Shown here: positions 13,151-25,600 of the stretch, in pieces
How positions within the stretch are numbered: the first letter of the stretch is position 1
Layout of the letters: every line of letters starts with the position of its first letter
DNA from: Octopus vulgaris
Taxonomy: Eukaryota
Assembly (NCBI GenBank): GCA_951406725.2
Contig: OX597820.1
Span: 100,874,001 to 100,938,000 of the forward strand
Length of the DNA stretch: 64,000 bases
Reading direction: 5' to 3'
Made by a program: the position numbers and the translations under genes
The notes under the pieces: generated by a model
What the model saw: only the letters and a program-made list of their open reading frames with translations
Database searches by the model: none
Told to the model about the DNA's origin: nothing

Positions 13151-13156
<6 letters not shown>
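12561..13156 (-). mobile_element. 504 bp ORF-less hammerhead-bearing monomer (retrozyme/PLE-like) with terminal direct repeat and 5' inversion
   Basis: aatcaactaataagggtg at 12561 and 13065; 13083-13156 inverts 12667-12740; within (TA)n. Confidence 0.75.
12819..12895 (-). ncRNA. Type I hammerhead ribozyme with extended stem II
   Basis: gttcgg CTGAAGA gctat...atagc GAAA caattg TC ctgaac; palindromic stem III ACAATTGT; GUC site. Confidence 0.85.
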
Positions 13157-13201
<45 letters not shown>

Positions 13202-13205
<4 letters not shown>

Positions 13206-13377
13206 CCGGTGGCACCTAAAAAGCACCCACTACACTCATGGAGTGGTTGGTGTTAGGAAGGGCATCCAGCTGTAGAAACATTGCCAGATCAGACTGGAGC
13301 CTGGTGCAGCCTTCTGGCTTCCCAGATCCCCAGTCGAACCGTCCAACCCATGCTAGCATGGAGAACGGACGTTAAAC

Positions 13378-13410
<33 letters not shown>
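13202..13410 (+). mobile_element. RTE LINE 3' tail with (GAT)n
   Basis: ggacgttaaacgatgatg end; many copies in window. Confidence 0.8.
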
Positions 13411-13411
<1 letters not shown>

Positions 13412-13447
13412 TGCATATATACATACGTATATGTACATACATCTATA

Positions 13448-13480
<33 letters not shown>

Positions 13481-13550
13481 GTGGAAGTTACTGCCGTGTG
13501 TGTATATGTGCATGTAGGTGCTTGTGCCTCTCCGAAAGAGAGAGAGAGAG

Positions 13551-13589
<39 letters not shown>

Positions 13590-13597
13590 CATGCATA

Positions 13598-14075
13598 TGT
13601 GGGCACAAGACATCATGAAACATGTACAACAAAAACAATACAAAGTACGAGTACATCAAAAGACACAAATGGAAAACAAGACAAACAACATAAAGAACGG
13701 CTCTTCATCAGTTGTTGGCTGTTTTTCTATTGTCGTATTTTGAGCATTTAACAACAATATACTCTTTTGATAAAACAGTTGCTAATGCAAAGCACATTAA
13801 ATAAAATTTGGGATTTTGTGGAGGGTGAAAATTTGTAATGCAAACAGGACAGTAAAAACAAACAGGAAGGGTTGCTAAGCCTGAATGAGGTTGTGGTGGC
13901 AAATGAATAAATCCAACTTGAACAGGAGACAGACAAGAACACATCTTTGTTTCAGATACAATGGAGAAAAAGAAAGAAACACAAGTTAGGAGAAGAAAGA
14001 AAGATGGCCGATGTTCATGTGGGAGCCACGTGAGCAAGGGAGGAGGAGTGAGGGAGAGAGAGTGACAGAGTAATA
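13598..14075 (-). mobile_element. Probable PLE-like terminal remnant in (TA)n
   Basis: Related to 53660-53800; carries only a CTGATGA half-core. Confidence 0.4.
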
Positions 14076-14139
14076 GGATATATGTGTATATATATATACA
14101 CACACACACACATTCATATATGTATATATATATATATAT

Positions 14140-14385
14140 ACATTTCCAGTGGTCTAACGTGCAAAAATTTTATCCGTTATTTTTGTGCTTTACAGAACCT
14201 AGCTGTTCTTTCTAGTGTGCTGAATTCCTTATGTGGATTCCTGATGTGTTTAAATATACGATATATCGTATGACTAATATATAGTCTTCTTGACTAATTT
14301 TTTTGCACGTTAGACCACTGGAAATTTAAATTTTGATTGAGTGTTTTAATCTTAATTAAATTCCATTTCCCTTTGACATGATTCA
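14140..14385 (+). mobile_element. PLE-like terminal remnant with 5' inverted piece
   Basis: atttccagtggtctaacgtgcaaaaa (14141-14166) inverted at ~14300-14325; end motif like 869 element. Confidence 0.55.
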
Positions 14386-14418
14386 TCATCATGATTATAT
14401 ATATATATATATACATAT

Positions 14419-14458
<40 letters not shown>

Positions 14459-14463
<5 letters not shown>

Positions 14464-14645
14464 ATCCAAACAAGAAAATACAGAAAAAAAGAGAAAAAAA
14501 CACAGCAACGCAGGACGTGGAACAATTAAAGTATTATTGATGCTCAGGAAAGAAGGGAAGGAGGGTTTAACGTTTCAAGCGGAGCTCTTCGTCGGAAACA
14601 AGGAGAAGGAAAGATCCCAAGAAGGGAAGACAGAGGAAAAAATAT
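14459..14645 (-). mobile_element. Family H short element with near-canonical hammerhead (14565-14599)
   Basis: gttt CCGACGA agagctccgctt GAAA cgtt aaac. Confidence 0.7.
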
Positions 14646-16127
14646 TTGAGCTGGTGGTGCTCAAGAGATCACGCGCCAAAAGCCAATATGAGAGATTCTC
14701 TCATGTTAACTACCACACTATTCTTTGTTCTAATACATCTACTTTTATATGGGAATAAATATCACCTTCCAGTATTAATACTGCTTCTGTTGCTAATTAT
14801 TATTTTGTGTGTGTGTATGTGTGTGTGTGTGTGTGTGTGTATAGATTCCTTTCTCTTTTTAATTTAGAGTAAATTTTGACTGGTCACCTGCTTGGTAGTG
14901 ATGTTGTGAAGGAAAGTCTCTTGATTTAACTGTCATCCTTTAAATCTTAAGAAGGTCTTGCAGATTTTTACAGTCCCAGAAACTGTATGTATGTATGCAA
15001 TATATATCATGATGATGATGATGATATGTATATATCCCGTGCTAGCACGGAAAACAGACATTAAATGATGATGATGATGATGGTGATAATGATGATGATG
15101 ATACAATGAGCATCTTTCAGTTTCTGAGTACCAAATCCACTCACAAATCTTTGGTCAGCACAGGGACTACAGTAGAAGACACTATTGCTATGTAATAGGA
15201 TTGAACCCAGAACCATGTGGTGGTTGAGAAGCAAGCATTCTACCACACAACCACGTCTGATTGTGGGGAAACGTACTTAAATAAAACCCAATGTGCATCT
15301 CTCAAGTCATTGGTACACATGATATCGATCCCAGAAGGATGACCTACAAAGTCAAACTTGGTAGGTATCAAATTGCAATATGATAGATGTAATGCAATAT
15401 CATAAGGTGTTTCCCTCATCCCCACTCTTTGCCTGATTTGCAGACCTTGCAGTTAACACTTTCCCCTCATCTTTCCTCTCCAGAACAACTCTCTTGATTT
15501 CCCTCATTTTTTCTCCACTGATGTTCAAACTAAATATTACATGTTTTGATCTTATTAACCATAGTAATAATAATGATTATAATGCCAATGATAATTATAA
15601 TATTGATTTCTACAAATGATACAAGGTCAGAAAATCACAAAGGAGTGAACATAATCTAATCAATTGGATTAACCTTAAAAATACCAGGTACTTGATTTAT
15701 CGACCTTTGGCAATGAAAATCAAGATCAAAATCCTAATGCTATTTGAACTTAAAGATTTAAACTTCTTATTTTTCCAGTCAGATTCACATGGTTCTCAAT
15801 GGAGACAAGCAAAATAACTATAATCTTGTCAGCATTATCTGGGTTTGTTTGTTTTGTTTTTTTTCTTTGGTACTTATTTATTCATTTTCTTTTTTTTTAT
15901 ATACGAAAGGCAACTAAAGAGGGAGAAAACATCACAATAAATAATAGCTATCTAAGTTTCGTGTTGGTGTGTAGTTGCACACAAAGAGAAATCTATATGG
16001 ATGACAAAACAGATAAATCAATAGGAACACACGTGTGTAGAGAAAGGAAGAAAGAGAAAAATGAAAAAAAGAAAAGCTAAGAAATACAGACCAGTGGCAC
16101 TTTAATACAGTATCAGCTAATACACTG

Positions 16128-16600
16128 AAGAAGGAGGAGGAGGAGGGGAAGAGGAGGAGAAGAAGAAAAAGAAGAAAAAGAAGAAGAAGAAAAAGAAGAA
16201 AAAGAAGAAAAAGAAGAAGAAGAAGAAGGAGGAGGAGGAGGAGGAGGGGGGGAGAAGAAGAAGGAGGAGGAGGAGGAGGAGGAGGAGGAGGGGGAGAAGG
16301 AGAAGAAGAAGAAGAAAAAGAAAAAGAAGAAGAAGAAAAAGAAGAAGAAGAAGGGGAGGAGGAGGAGGGGTGGAGGAGGGGGAGAAGGAGAAGAAGAAGA
16401 AGAAGAAGAAGAAGAAGAAGAAGAAGACGAAGAAGAAAAAGAAGGGGGGGGAGGAGGAGGAGGAGGAGAGGGAGAAGAAGAAGAAGAAAAAGAAGGGGAG
16501 AAGAAGAAGAAGAAGAAAAGGAAGGGGAGAAGAAGAAGAAGAAGGAGGAGAAGGAGGAGGAGTGGAGGAGGAAGAGGAGGAAGAGGAGGAGGACAGTTGT
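16128..16600. repeat. Long polypurine (GAA/GAG)n tract
   Basis: Direct reading. Confidence 0.95.
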
Positions 16601-17619
16601 AGCAGTAGCATCAACAAAAACAGCATCATCTTCATCATCATTATCCTCATCATCATCTTCATCCTCCTCCTCCTCCTCCTCCTCCCCTCCTTCTTTTCCC
16701 CTCCTCCTCTTCCTCCTCCAATTCCTATTTCTTTTCCCTCTTTTCCTCTTCTTTCATCCTTTTATAAATTCATTAAAATGTAATTCTGAGTAAAGATTTT
16801 CTTAGTTATTCTCACTATCTCTCTTTTACCTTGCTGCTTATTTCCAACCACCACCACCACCACGAATGCCACTACCACTATGAACTCTACCATTGCTTAT
16901 AGCTTTTTGCTGCTTCACAGAATTCAAATTCAGGCTGCAAAGCCTGATACATGAAACTTTTCAGATATCCACTTAGTTTTACACCATTCTGTTCAATTCA
17001 GAAGTTGATTGCTCTGATCTGAGACCTAACTATACAGTCCAAGACAATTAGATTTAGGTATGTTGGTTGTCAAGGAAACAAAATAGGAAGTCACAAACCA
17101 TGCAATTGAAGATTAATATCAAATCAATAATTTAGAGCCTCATCGTTAGACATGAGGATTGATTCTATACAATATTAATTAGTGATAACATGTGTGCAGG
17201 AGACATTAAACTTTTGCAAAACTGAGACAATTTGATGCAAGGTGCTACTTCATTGTACTTTTATCAATAATGTCTTTGAGAAAGTTATGAATGTCACATA
17301 ATTCTCCAAACATCACATTTTATGCCAGGTGTCTGAAAGGAATTTAGAAACAACAGATAGCAATGAATTATTATCTGTGGTTTTTTCCTTTTTTTTTTTT
17401 TTATGGTACAAGATCAATGAGCATACTGCAGCAAATATTTTGTACTCATGAGTGAACTTACCTGATTCTTCTGACTTTAGTGAAGGTGTATGACAGTGGT
17501 TTTGGGTGTTCATCTTGCAGTTATGTCATGGGCTCAATTCCTAAACGAAGCAGCAAGTTATGTTCATTTCTCATTGCTCCCATCTATTCGGCCAAAAACA
17601 AATGCTGACTGAGTGCAGG

Positions 17620-17650
<31 letters not shown>

Positions 17651-17674
17651 CCTCTCTCTCTCTTGCTGTCAGGT

Positions 17675-17907
17675 AAGGTGTGCTAGCAGAAATGTTAGCA
17701 TGCCGGGCGAAATACGTTGCCGTATTTCGTCTGCCGCTACGTTCTGAGTTCAAATTCAGCCAAGCTCGACTTTGCCTTTCATCCTTTCGGGGTCAATGAA
17801 TTAAGTACCAGTTACACAGTGGGGTCGATGTAATCGACTTAATACCTATGTCTGTCCTTGTTTGTCCCCTCTGTGTTTAGCCCCTTGTGGGTAATAAAGA
17901 AATAGGT
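17675..17907 (+). mobile_element. SINE family B
   Basis: Closely similar to 51219-51448. Confidence 0.85.
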
Positions 17908-18339
17908 ACTGATGTGCTACAGGATCTAAGTATTGGAAGAGTATTAATATCTAAATATGACTATATAGACACTTAAAATGATTAGCAGAACTATGGTACA
18001 TGTTACTGAGTTATACTTCTCCACAAGTGATGGCTGGATTATATTTTCTTCTTAAGTTTCCTTGCAAAGACATACCGCTCTCCAGCTAACTGAGAGTTTA
18101 ACAGTAGAAATAGTGTATTTCACAAAAAATATAGTCTTGAAGGGATAAATTCCTTCATTAGACCTATATGCCAGTTCAAGAAAACCTCATTATTTGTTTT
18201 TGTTTCAAGATTAACAAGGGTAAGTTTTTTTTCCTGTGTAATATGGAATGGTCTGTTATACTCCAGCCATCAACAAAAACCTCATAATCATGGCTCCATT
18301 TTAGTGGTAAGCTTGACAGAAAAATGGCTCTTTGGTTAA

Positions 18340-18523
18340 CCCTTTCGTTACCGAAATTTAGTAATTTAGAATTTAGTAAAATAACTTAGTCATCATTAAG
18401 CTAGTGTTAGGAGCGTAAATTGTGACTGAGGTTTGGTGGAAGATTTTAATTCAAAACTTATGAAAACAAGACATTTGTACTACAGAGCCACAGCCAGTTT
18501 CAGCTGGGTTGGTAATGAAAGGG
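18340..18523 (+). mobile_element. piggyBac-like MITE
   Basis: TTAA on both sides, CCC...GGG TIRs. Confidence 0.85.
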
Positions 18524-18534
18524 TTAAGGTAATA

Positions 18535-18737
18535 ATCGTTTCAAATTTTGGGACAAGATCAGCAATTTTAGGAAAAGGGGTAAGTCGATTACATTGATCC
18601 CAGTCCTCAACTGGTACTTATTTTATTGACTCCAAAAGTATGCAAAGCAAAGTTGATGTTTGAACTCAAAACATAAAAGTAGATGAAATGCCATTAAATA
18701 TTTTGTCTGGCATTTAAATGATTCTGCCAGCTTGCTG
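18535..18737 (-). mobile_element. Diverged SINE family B
   Basis: ctggtacttattttattgac...tttgaactc. Confidence 0.7.
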
Positions 18738-18784
18738 TCTTTTTGCTTAAGATAATTGTTTTTCTTCCATTAGTTTAAATCCAG

Positions 18785-19515
18785 GTTTTGTCCCCGTTAA
18801 CGGGGGTGGCCGGATCTACCTCAATGCCATAGCAACTGCCCTCACACCATCACGCCATCTTACCCTGTTTTGGGCATCCTCCCTTCTCAAGCCAACCCTC
18901 CCAATCTCCTCTTCCACATGTCCCCTCTACATTTTCCTTGGTCGACCTCACTTTCGCTGTCCATTTACCTCAAACTCTAGCACCCTCTTCAGAACATGCT
19001 CCTCATACCTCCTCAACACATGCCTATACCTATTTCTTTATTACCCACAAGGGGCTAAACACAGAAGGGACAAACAAGGACAGACAAACGGATTAAGTCA
19101 ATTACATCGACCCCAGTGCGTAACTGGTACTTAATTTATCGACCCCGAAAGGATGAAAGGCAAAGTCGACCTCGACGGAATTTGAACTCAGAACGTAACG
19201 GCAGACGAAATACGGCTACGAATTTCACCCGGTGTGTTAACGATTCTGCCAGCTCGCCCATACCATCACACTCCATTCGCCCTTGCAAACCATTCCTCTG
19301 ATTCCTTCAACCCCAGCAACCCCATCAAATCCTCTGTCTTCTTATCAAACAGCCTCATGCCACTTATTTCTCTCACCATTGCTCTCTCAGTCCTTCTCAA
19401 AATTCCCATCTCTCTCTCTCCCTCAAACACCATGTCTCACTCCCATACAGCATTGCAGCTCTCACACAACTCCTATAGACCTTTCCTTTACTCTTCAATG
19501 AGAACCTTTTCCCAT
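18785..19515 (-). mobile_element. RTE LINE 3' end interrupted by a SINE
   Basis: Minus strand ARANGV*WYGHVLRRYEEHVLKRVLEFEVNGQRK*GRPRK after removing the SINE. Confidence 0.8.
19031..19256 (-). mobile_element. SINE family B nested in RTE
   Basis: Full head to tail; gcc(t/c)atacc on both flanks. Confidence 0.85.
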
Positions 19516-19551
19516 ATAACAACTAGTTTGAATTCTGAAATAACTACCTGT

Positions 19552-19959
19552 ATTCTTTTACTCTTTTACTCTTTTATTTGTTTCAGTCAATTGACTGCAG
19601 CCATGCTGGAACACTGCCTTTAGTCGAGCAAATTAACTCCTTGACTTATTCTTTGTAAGCCTAGTACTTATTCTATCGATCTCTTTTGCCGAACCGCTAA
19701 GTTACGGGGATGTAAACACACCAGCATTGGTTGTCAAGCAATGTTGGGGGGACAAACACAGACAAACACATACACACACACACAAATATATATCTACATA
19801 TACATATATATGACGGGCTTCTTTCAGTTTCCATCTACCAAATCCACTCACAAGGCTTTGGTCGACCCGAGGCTATAGTAGAAGACACTTGCCCAAGGTG
19901 CCATGCAGTGGGACTGAACCCGGAACCATGTAGTTGGTAAGCAAGCTACTTACCACACA
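19552..19959 (-). mobile_element. SINE family A
   Basis: Closely similar to 1240 and 34478. Confidence 0.87.
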
Positions 19960-20259
19960 AAGAGGAATTTAAGTTTTCAATAGAGCTCTAACACTGCCAG
20001 AGTTTTCTTGTTTGAATTCTGAAATAACTACCTATATTTTTTACACGAACCATTTAGTTATCTTTTCCACAAGATATAGTGTTTAGTTTATTACAAATTT
20101 TTAGTCATGAAAATATGTAAATATCAAGACAGTTAGATGGCAGGAACATTCATCAGAGACGTAGTTTATCTACTGCATATAGGAATCATCAACATAATCA
20201 TCATCGACTCTAGTGGCATGAAGACACATTTTCTTCTTTCTCCAAGACAACTTTATTTT

Positions 20260-20807
20260 ATAGTGGACATATACTGTCAACTCAATGTGACAGTTCCTAC
20301 AGGGAATTACACCTAGGAAACATCGACGTCTCCTGTCGGCTTTGACACATTTTCTGTGTCCTTATATTTGCAAAGAGGAGGCAATCACCCCTGCCAGCTG
20401 AGACTAAGCACCTGAAGACCACCGCTTATGTCTCTCTGACATTTAGAAATTCAATATTTCTAATTTCGGTGATCGGTAAATAAATTTTACTGAAAATATG
20501 AGATATTTGCGAAGAGGTTGCAGTCATCTCAGCGAGCGAGACAAGCTACCCTGAACTGACGACGAGCAATACACTCTGAAACATATGTCTTCAGGTGCTT
20601 AGTCCCAGCTGGCAGGGGTGATTGCCTCCCCTTTGCAAATATAAATGTGTCAAAGCCGACAGGAGACGTCGATGTTTCCTAGGGCTAAATGGCGGTGGTG
20701 TAATTCCCTTATGGGATTGTCACATTGAGATGACAGTATACAACCACTATATTGCTCCACCACCACTTATGTCTCTCTTGAGACATTTAGAAATTCAATA
20801 TTTCTAA
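20260..20807 (+). mobile_element. ~341 bp hammerhead-bearing monomer with direct terminal redundancy, 5' inverted arm and TSD
   Basis: Direct repeat 20419-20463 / 20760-20807; 20260-20419 inverts 20587-20751; flanks aactttatttta / aacttttatttta. Confidence 0.78.
20550..20595 (+). ncRNA. Minimal type I hammerhead ribozyme
   Basis: cctgaa CTGACGA c gag caataca ctc t GAAA catatg TC ttcagg. Confidence 0.8.
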
Positions 20808-21643
20808 CTTTATTTTAGGCATTACCAAATTAAAATTTTCTTTGGAATAGTTGCTAAAAGGAATTATAATTACCTGAGGAAAACCTGCCCTCAGTACCAA
20901 CCAAAAATGAAAGCTTTTTTTCTAGACTTTATTTTATTTATTTGTATGTGCCAGTCACAGTTTCAGATTCTAAATGGTTATCAGACACAATCACAAGTCA
21001 AGATACTGTAATAGCAAACAAGACAAAAATGACAACACAAAAGCAAATTACACAGCTGAATGAGTAAAAAGAAACAAAAATTACAAAAGGTTTCTTAAAC
21101 AGTTTGAAAAATAAATTTAAGATAACAATAATAACAGTAATGATAATGACATTCACACAAGGTCAGGCATTTAAATTTTTTAAGATAGTGGTTGTGTTAA
21201 AGGTAATTATACTTCGTTTGTAACACAAACAAAAGTTTAACACAGTTCCCAGATTTTTAAAAATTTATCTGGGAGAATTTTGTAAAACCTAATGGTGTTT
21301 CTATACCACAGGTTCTGATTGAAGAGGAAGCAAAGGAAAAAATTACATATCTTAGTTTTAGAAAGGATGGCACCATACTAGAATTCCTATTGAAGCAACA
21401 TTATAACAAACATTTTAGGATATCCCAGGGAAAATGAGAAAAGATATGGTGCTGTCTGTTGGATTTTTAAAACTGAAAACTAAACCAAAATATAGGCTGA
21501 AATTGTTTATATATGTGTATATATCTATACACACACACGCACATACACATACACACACACATACATGCATACATACATACATACATACATACATACATAC
21601 ATACATACATACATACATACATACATACATACATACATAATTA

Positions 21644-22496
21644 CAGGTTGTGGTAAATAAATTGTTGTCTAAATTATGCAAAAAGGAAAATAACACCGAC
21701 ATCTCATTTTGACAGATATATTTACCAAAATTACATAAAAATATTTTGAAATACTAAAGAGTAAATCTATTCAATAAAATCGTCATTGGCTTCAACCATG
21801 GCCTCCAAACTTCAGAATCTCCTGCAACACTTCTGGATGGTCTCCTTGTTTAAGTTGGTGAATGCTGCCATAATCCTTGCCTTCAGTTCATCTTTGATGT
21901 TACAAGGGATTTTGCTGGTCTCTCACTCAATTGCACCCCATACATAGCAATCAAGGGGTTGTAGTCTGAGGAGTTAGTTGGCCAGATGTTAGGGGTGATG
22001 CAGTCGCAGAAATTGTCTGATAGCCATGGCTGGGTTCACCTGCTTGTGGTGACATGGTGCAGTCCTGTTACTAGACACAGGTTTCTTCCAGCAGCCACTC
22101 TCTTGACTCAGGGCAGCACCACTTCCTCCAGGCCTCCATGTTGAGTCTGAGGCCATGTGGGAAGATGAATGGAGGCATAATGTCGCCATCACTAGCGATC
22201 ACTCCAAACACCATGATGTTGACAGGATGTTTGATTTTTATCATTCTCAGTACATATTTTGAAGACTTGGCAAACACTCAGATTGACACCCAAACACTAA
22301 AATGGTCATACTGGAGCTCCCAGGGGGAATGCCAAGCAATACAGCATATCGTTTCCAAATTTCTGGCAGAGTGAATTGCATCAGACAATATCCAACTGAC
22401 CTTACTATATTGTGTAGTGGACAAAATTAAAAACAACAAATGTGCATGCATGAAATAAAAAATATAAAATAGTGACAATTTACTCATCGCACCCTG
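21644..22496 (-). mobile_element. Deleted Tc1/mariner-superfamily element (DD37D/maT-like)
   Basis: Imperfect TIRs caggttgtggtaaataaattgt / acaatttactcatcgcaccctg with TA; KHPVNIMVFGVIASDGDIMPPFIFPHGLRLN. Confidence 0.82.
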
Positions 22497-22504
22497 TATA
22501 TGTA

Positions 22505-22576
<72 letters not shown>

Positions 22577-22970
22577 TACCTGTGTCCTTGTATGTAGAGT
22601 AAACATATAGAGCAAAGATACACAAATATGATGGTAAAAGAAGTTGGAGATGATGTAGAACCAAGGTTGGTTATCACTGTCATGTCACAGTATGGGTGGT
22701 GGCATGCTTTCTTTGTAAGGAGACATAAAGACAGTTGAAACAGGTATCACAAGGAGCATATTTTCATTAGTGGGAGGGGGCTATTCCTTACTTGCACACC
22801 TTGGCTTAACAAATTTGTGATGTCTTGTATAAAAATGGAACTCAAGGGAGAGACAGTTGCACAATGATAGCCTCACTCTCTCATTTAGAGCTAATTTGAG
22901 ACAAAGGTGAATCACAGATTGAATACATCTGGTGGTAGAACTGGATAGAGTAGATGACTAGGGCTTTTAA

Positions 22971-23173
22971 CCCTTTTGTTCCCAACCTAGCTGAAACCGG
23001 CTCTGGATCTGAGTACAAGTGTTTTGTTTTCATAAGTTTTGCATTAAAATCTTCCACCAAAATCTTAGTCACGATTTACGTTCCTAACACTAGCTGAATG
23101 ATAACTAAGTTATTTTACTAAATTCTTTGTTATATTTAAAGTAATTGAAAGAATAAATACAGCAACGAAAGGG
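22971..23173 (-). mobile_element. piggyBac-like MITE
   Basis: TTAA flanks; reverse copy of 11071 family. Confidence 0.85.
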
Positions 23174-23519
23174 TTAAAGTATCTTATCACATTCTTAGTG
23201 GTGTACAATGCTTACTGAAATGGCATGTTTGACAATTAGAATCAAGATTAGTCCATTCTAATTGTCAAAGCTGTTTGCCAGGCTATAGCTGGTACATGTG
23301 TTACCAGTTCCCAAAGCCACAGATCATAATTGGGTATCAAGTAGAAACCAAAGGCAGATGACTTGTTTTCAAGGAAACATGATCAGTGCTGTCACTAGAG
23401 GTGCTACCTCTATCTGAACCTACCACATCTACTCTTGTAGTGGATGGAGCAAGTCTTGCAACCTACTGAATCCACGAGGCCAGAAGGACTTTCTGAATGG
23501 CACACTTGACAAACAAATC

Positions 23520-23531
23520 ATCATCATCATC

Positions 23532-23565
<34 letters not shown>

Positions 23566-23920
23566 TTTAATGTCCATTGTCCATGCAGGCATGGGTGGGA
23601 CAGTTTGACCAGGGCCAGTAAGCTAAGAGGCACCAGACTCTGGCCTGATTTGGCATGGTTTCTATGGCTTGATACCCTTCCTAATGCCAGCCACTGTTAG
23701 AGTGCAATGGTAGCTTTTATGTGCGACTACCATGAGTGCCAGTTGCATTACACCAGTATCTGCCATGACTACAATTTCACTTGGTTTGATGGGTTTTCTT
23801 CCCAAGCACAGCATATTGCCAAAGGTCGCAGTCATTTGTCATTGCCTCTGTGAGGTCCAACATTCGAAAGGTGCTTTTTATGTACCAGTAGCATGGGTGC
23901 TAGTTACACAACACAGGCCA
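23520..23920 (-). mobile_element. RTE 3' tail/UTR fragment
   Basis: (CAT)n then tttaatgtcc...; similarity to 40875 element. Confidence 0.7.
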
Positions 23921-25021
23921 CAACAAATACCTTCAATTTTTGTTTTAATAGTGCAGCTTACCTGATGAGCTATGACTCATGCAACCTGTTTCTTGACAAA
24001 GGTTGCCCATGCTTGAGCTAAAGGACGCAGAAGTAAATTGAATGATTGCCTGTAACGCCATACATATCTTGTCATTAGAAAAATAAATAATTGTTTCCTA
24101 GTGATAAGGTTCCATGTTGAAAACAAATAGAAAAATTTCTCTTTTATTAAAACATTTCAATTTAAAAATGAAATTAGGATGAATGAAAAATCACTGTAAA
24201 TTTAAATTATCAAAAACAGGTTTAAAATCTTACTCTTCCTTTCTAATTGAAAAGTAAAAAAACAAAACAATTAGAATATTTATATAGATATGACAAGTAC
24301 ATATATGAATGTCAATGTTTGCATGTCTATGTGTGCACATGTGTGTATGATCAGGATGTTTGTATGTATATTTGTATGTGTGTGTGTATGTGTGTGTGTG
24401 TGTGTGTACCACATCATGCATGTACATAAACAGACTGACGCACACACACACACACACAAGTATGTATGTTGTGTGTATATTTCTCTGTCTCTATGTGTGT
24501 ATGTGTCCGCATATTTGTGTGTATATACTTGTATATAAAGAAAAACAAGCACACATGTGTATGTGATGTATATGATGTATATGATGTATGTAATGTATGC
24601 ATACAATGTGCACATATATGTGCATGTGTGTGTGTCTGTGTATGATATAGAATAGAAAAACAAATTTTAAAATGGTGTTGAGATGGTGGCAATGATGATG
24701 GTGATGATAATGATGATGATGATGATGATGATGTTATATTCAAAACAGTGTTTTACAATTTTTTAAAAAATTAAGATATCAATAATTCACAATTTTTTTT
24801 TCTTTTTCTTTTTTTTTTTTTTTTGCGATAGAAGTTTATAAAACTTCAAAAATCGGTTTTGTTTTATTTTTTAATCGATTATGAAGATATATCCATGAAG
24901 ATGAAGGTATAACTGCAAAATATGCTGACGTCTTAAAGCTGATTATTTCACAGCACTACAATGATAAACAAAAATAAATACATAAATTAAAATAATACGA
25001 TATAACAACAACACCAATAAG

Positions 25022-25054
<33 letters not shown>

Positions 25055-25339
25055 AATAATAATAATCCAGCTGAAGAAAATGCCAACTTAAATTATGTGA
25101 TAATGTTAAAAATTTATTGCAAGCTTTATAAGAAGAGAATTTAGTTCTATTGCAAAGTAAGTAGATTACTGATATGTTTTGGGCTTGTTCCTTTATGGAA
25201 CTAAAATATCAAGGGAATTGTCTAAAACTATAATAATATTGTCAGTATAGTTGTTGTTTTTTTTATTTTTTACTTATTTATTTATTTATCTATTTTTACT
25301 TATTGAATCTGGAGGAAAGGGCAGAGTCCATAACCCTTT

Positions 25340-25600
25340 CAGGCGCTCCAAGACCACTGAATGCTTTTATGGAAACCTATTGAAAGTTGGTGAGAAGATT
25401 GGGCAAAGACAGCTGTGACTAACTGGTCACTGCATGCACCACGCTAGAAGCTCCCAAATTAGTCTTGTAGAAGCTACTTCATGGTGATGTCAGAAGAAAA
25501 TGTTGTCACACATCAACAACTTGATTGCAGACACTGGCCTGGAATGTATCCAAGACCTTGAGGCAGCAATGATGGACTGAGAAGTGTTTGCAGGTGGATT
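25340..25600 (+). mobile_element. Old RTE/RTEX-like LINE C-terminal relic
   Basis: KIGQRQL*LTGHC...DTGLECIQDLEAAMMD. Confidence 0.55.

Noticed and set aside
13700-13715. CTGATGA half-core on minus strand (similar at ~53671 and ~58893)
   Set aside because: No GAAA/NUH partner could be placed, so not called a ribozyme
16117-16783. Long low-complexity ORFs (also 28205-28910, 40172-40763, 52396-52902)
   Set aside because: Translations of microsatellites
23960-23995. cctgatgagc...gcaacc
   Set aside because: Lacks GAAA and stems; chance match
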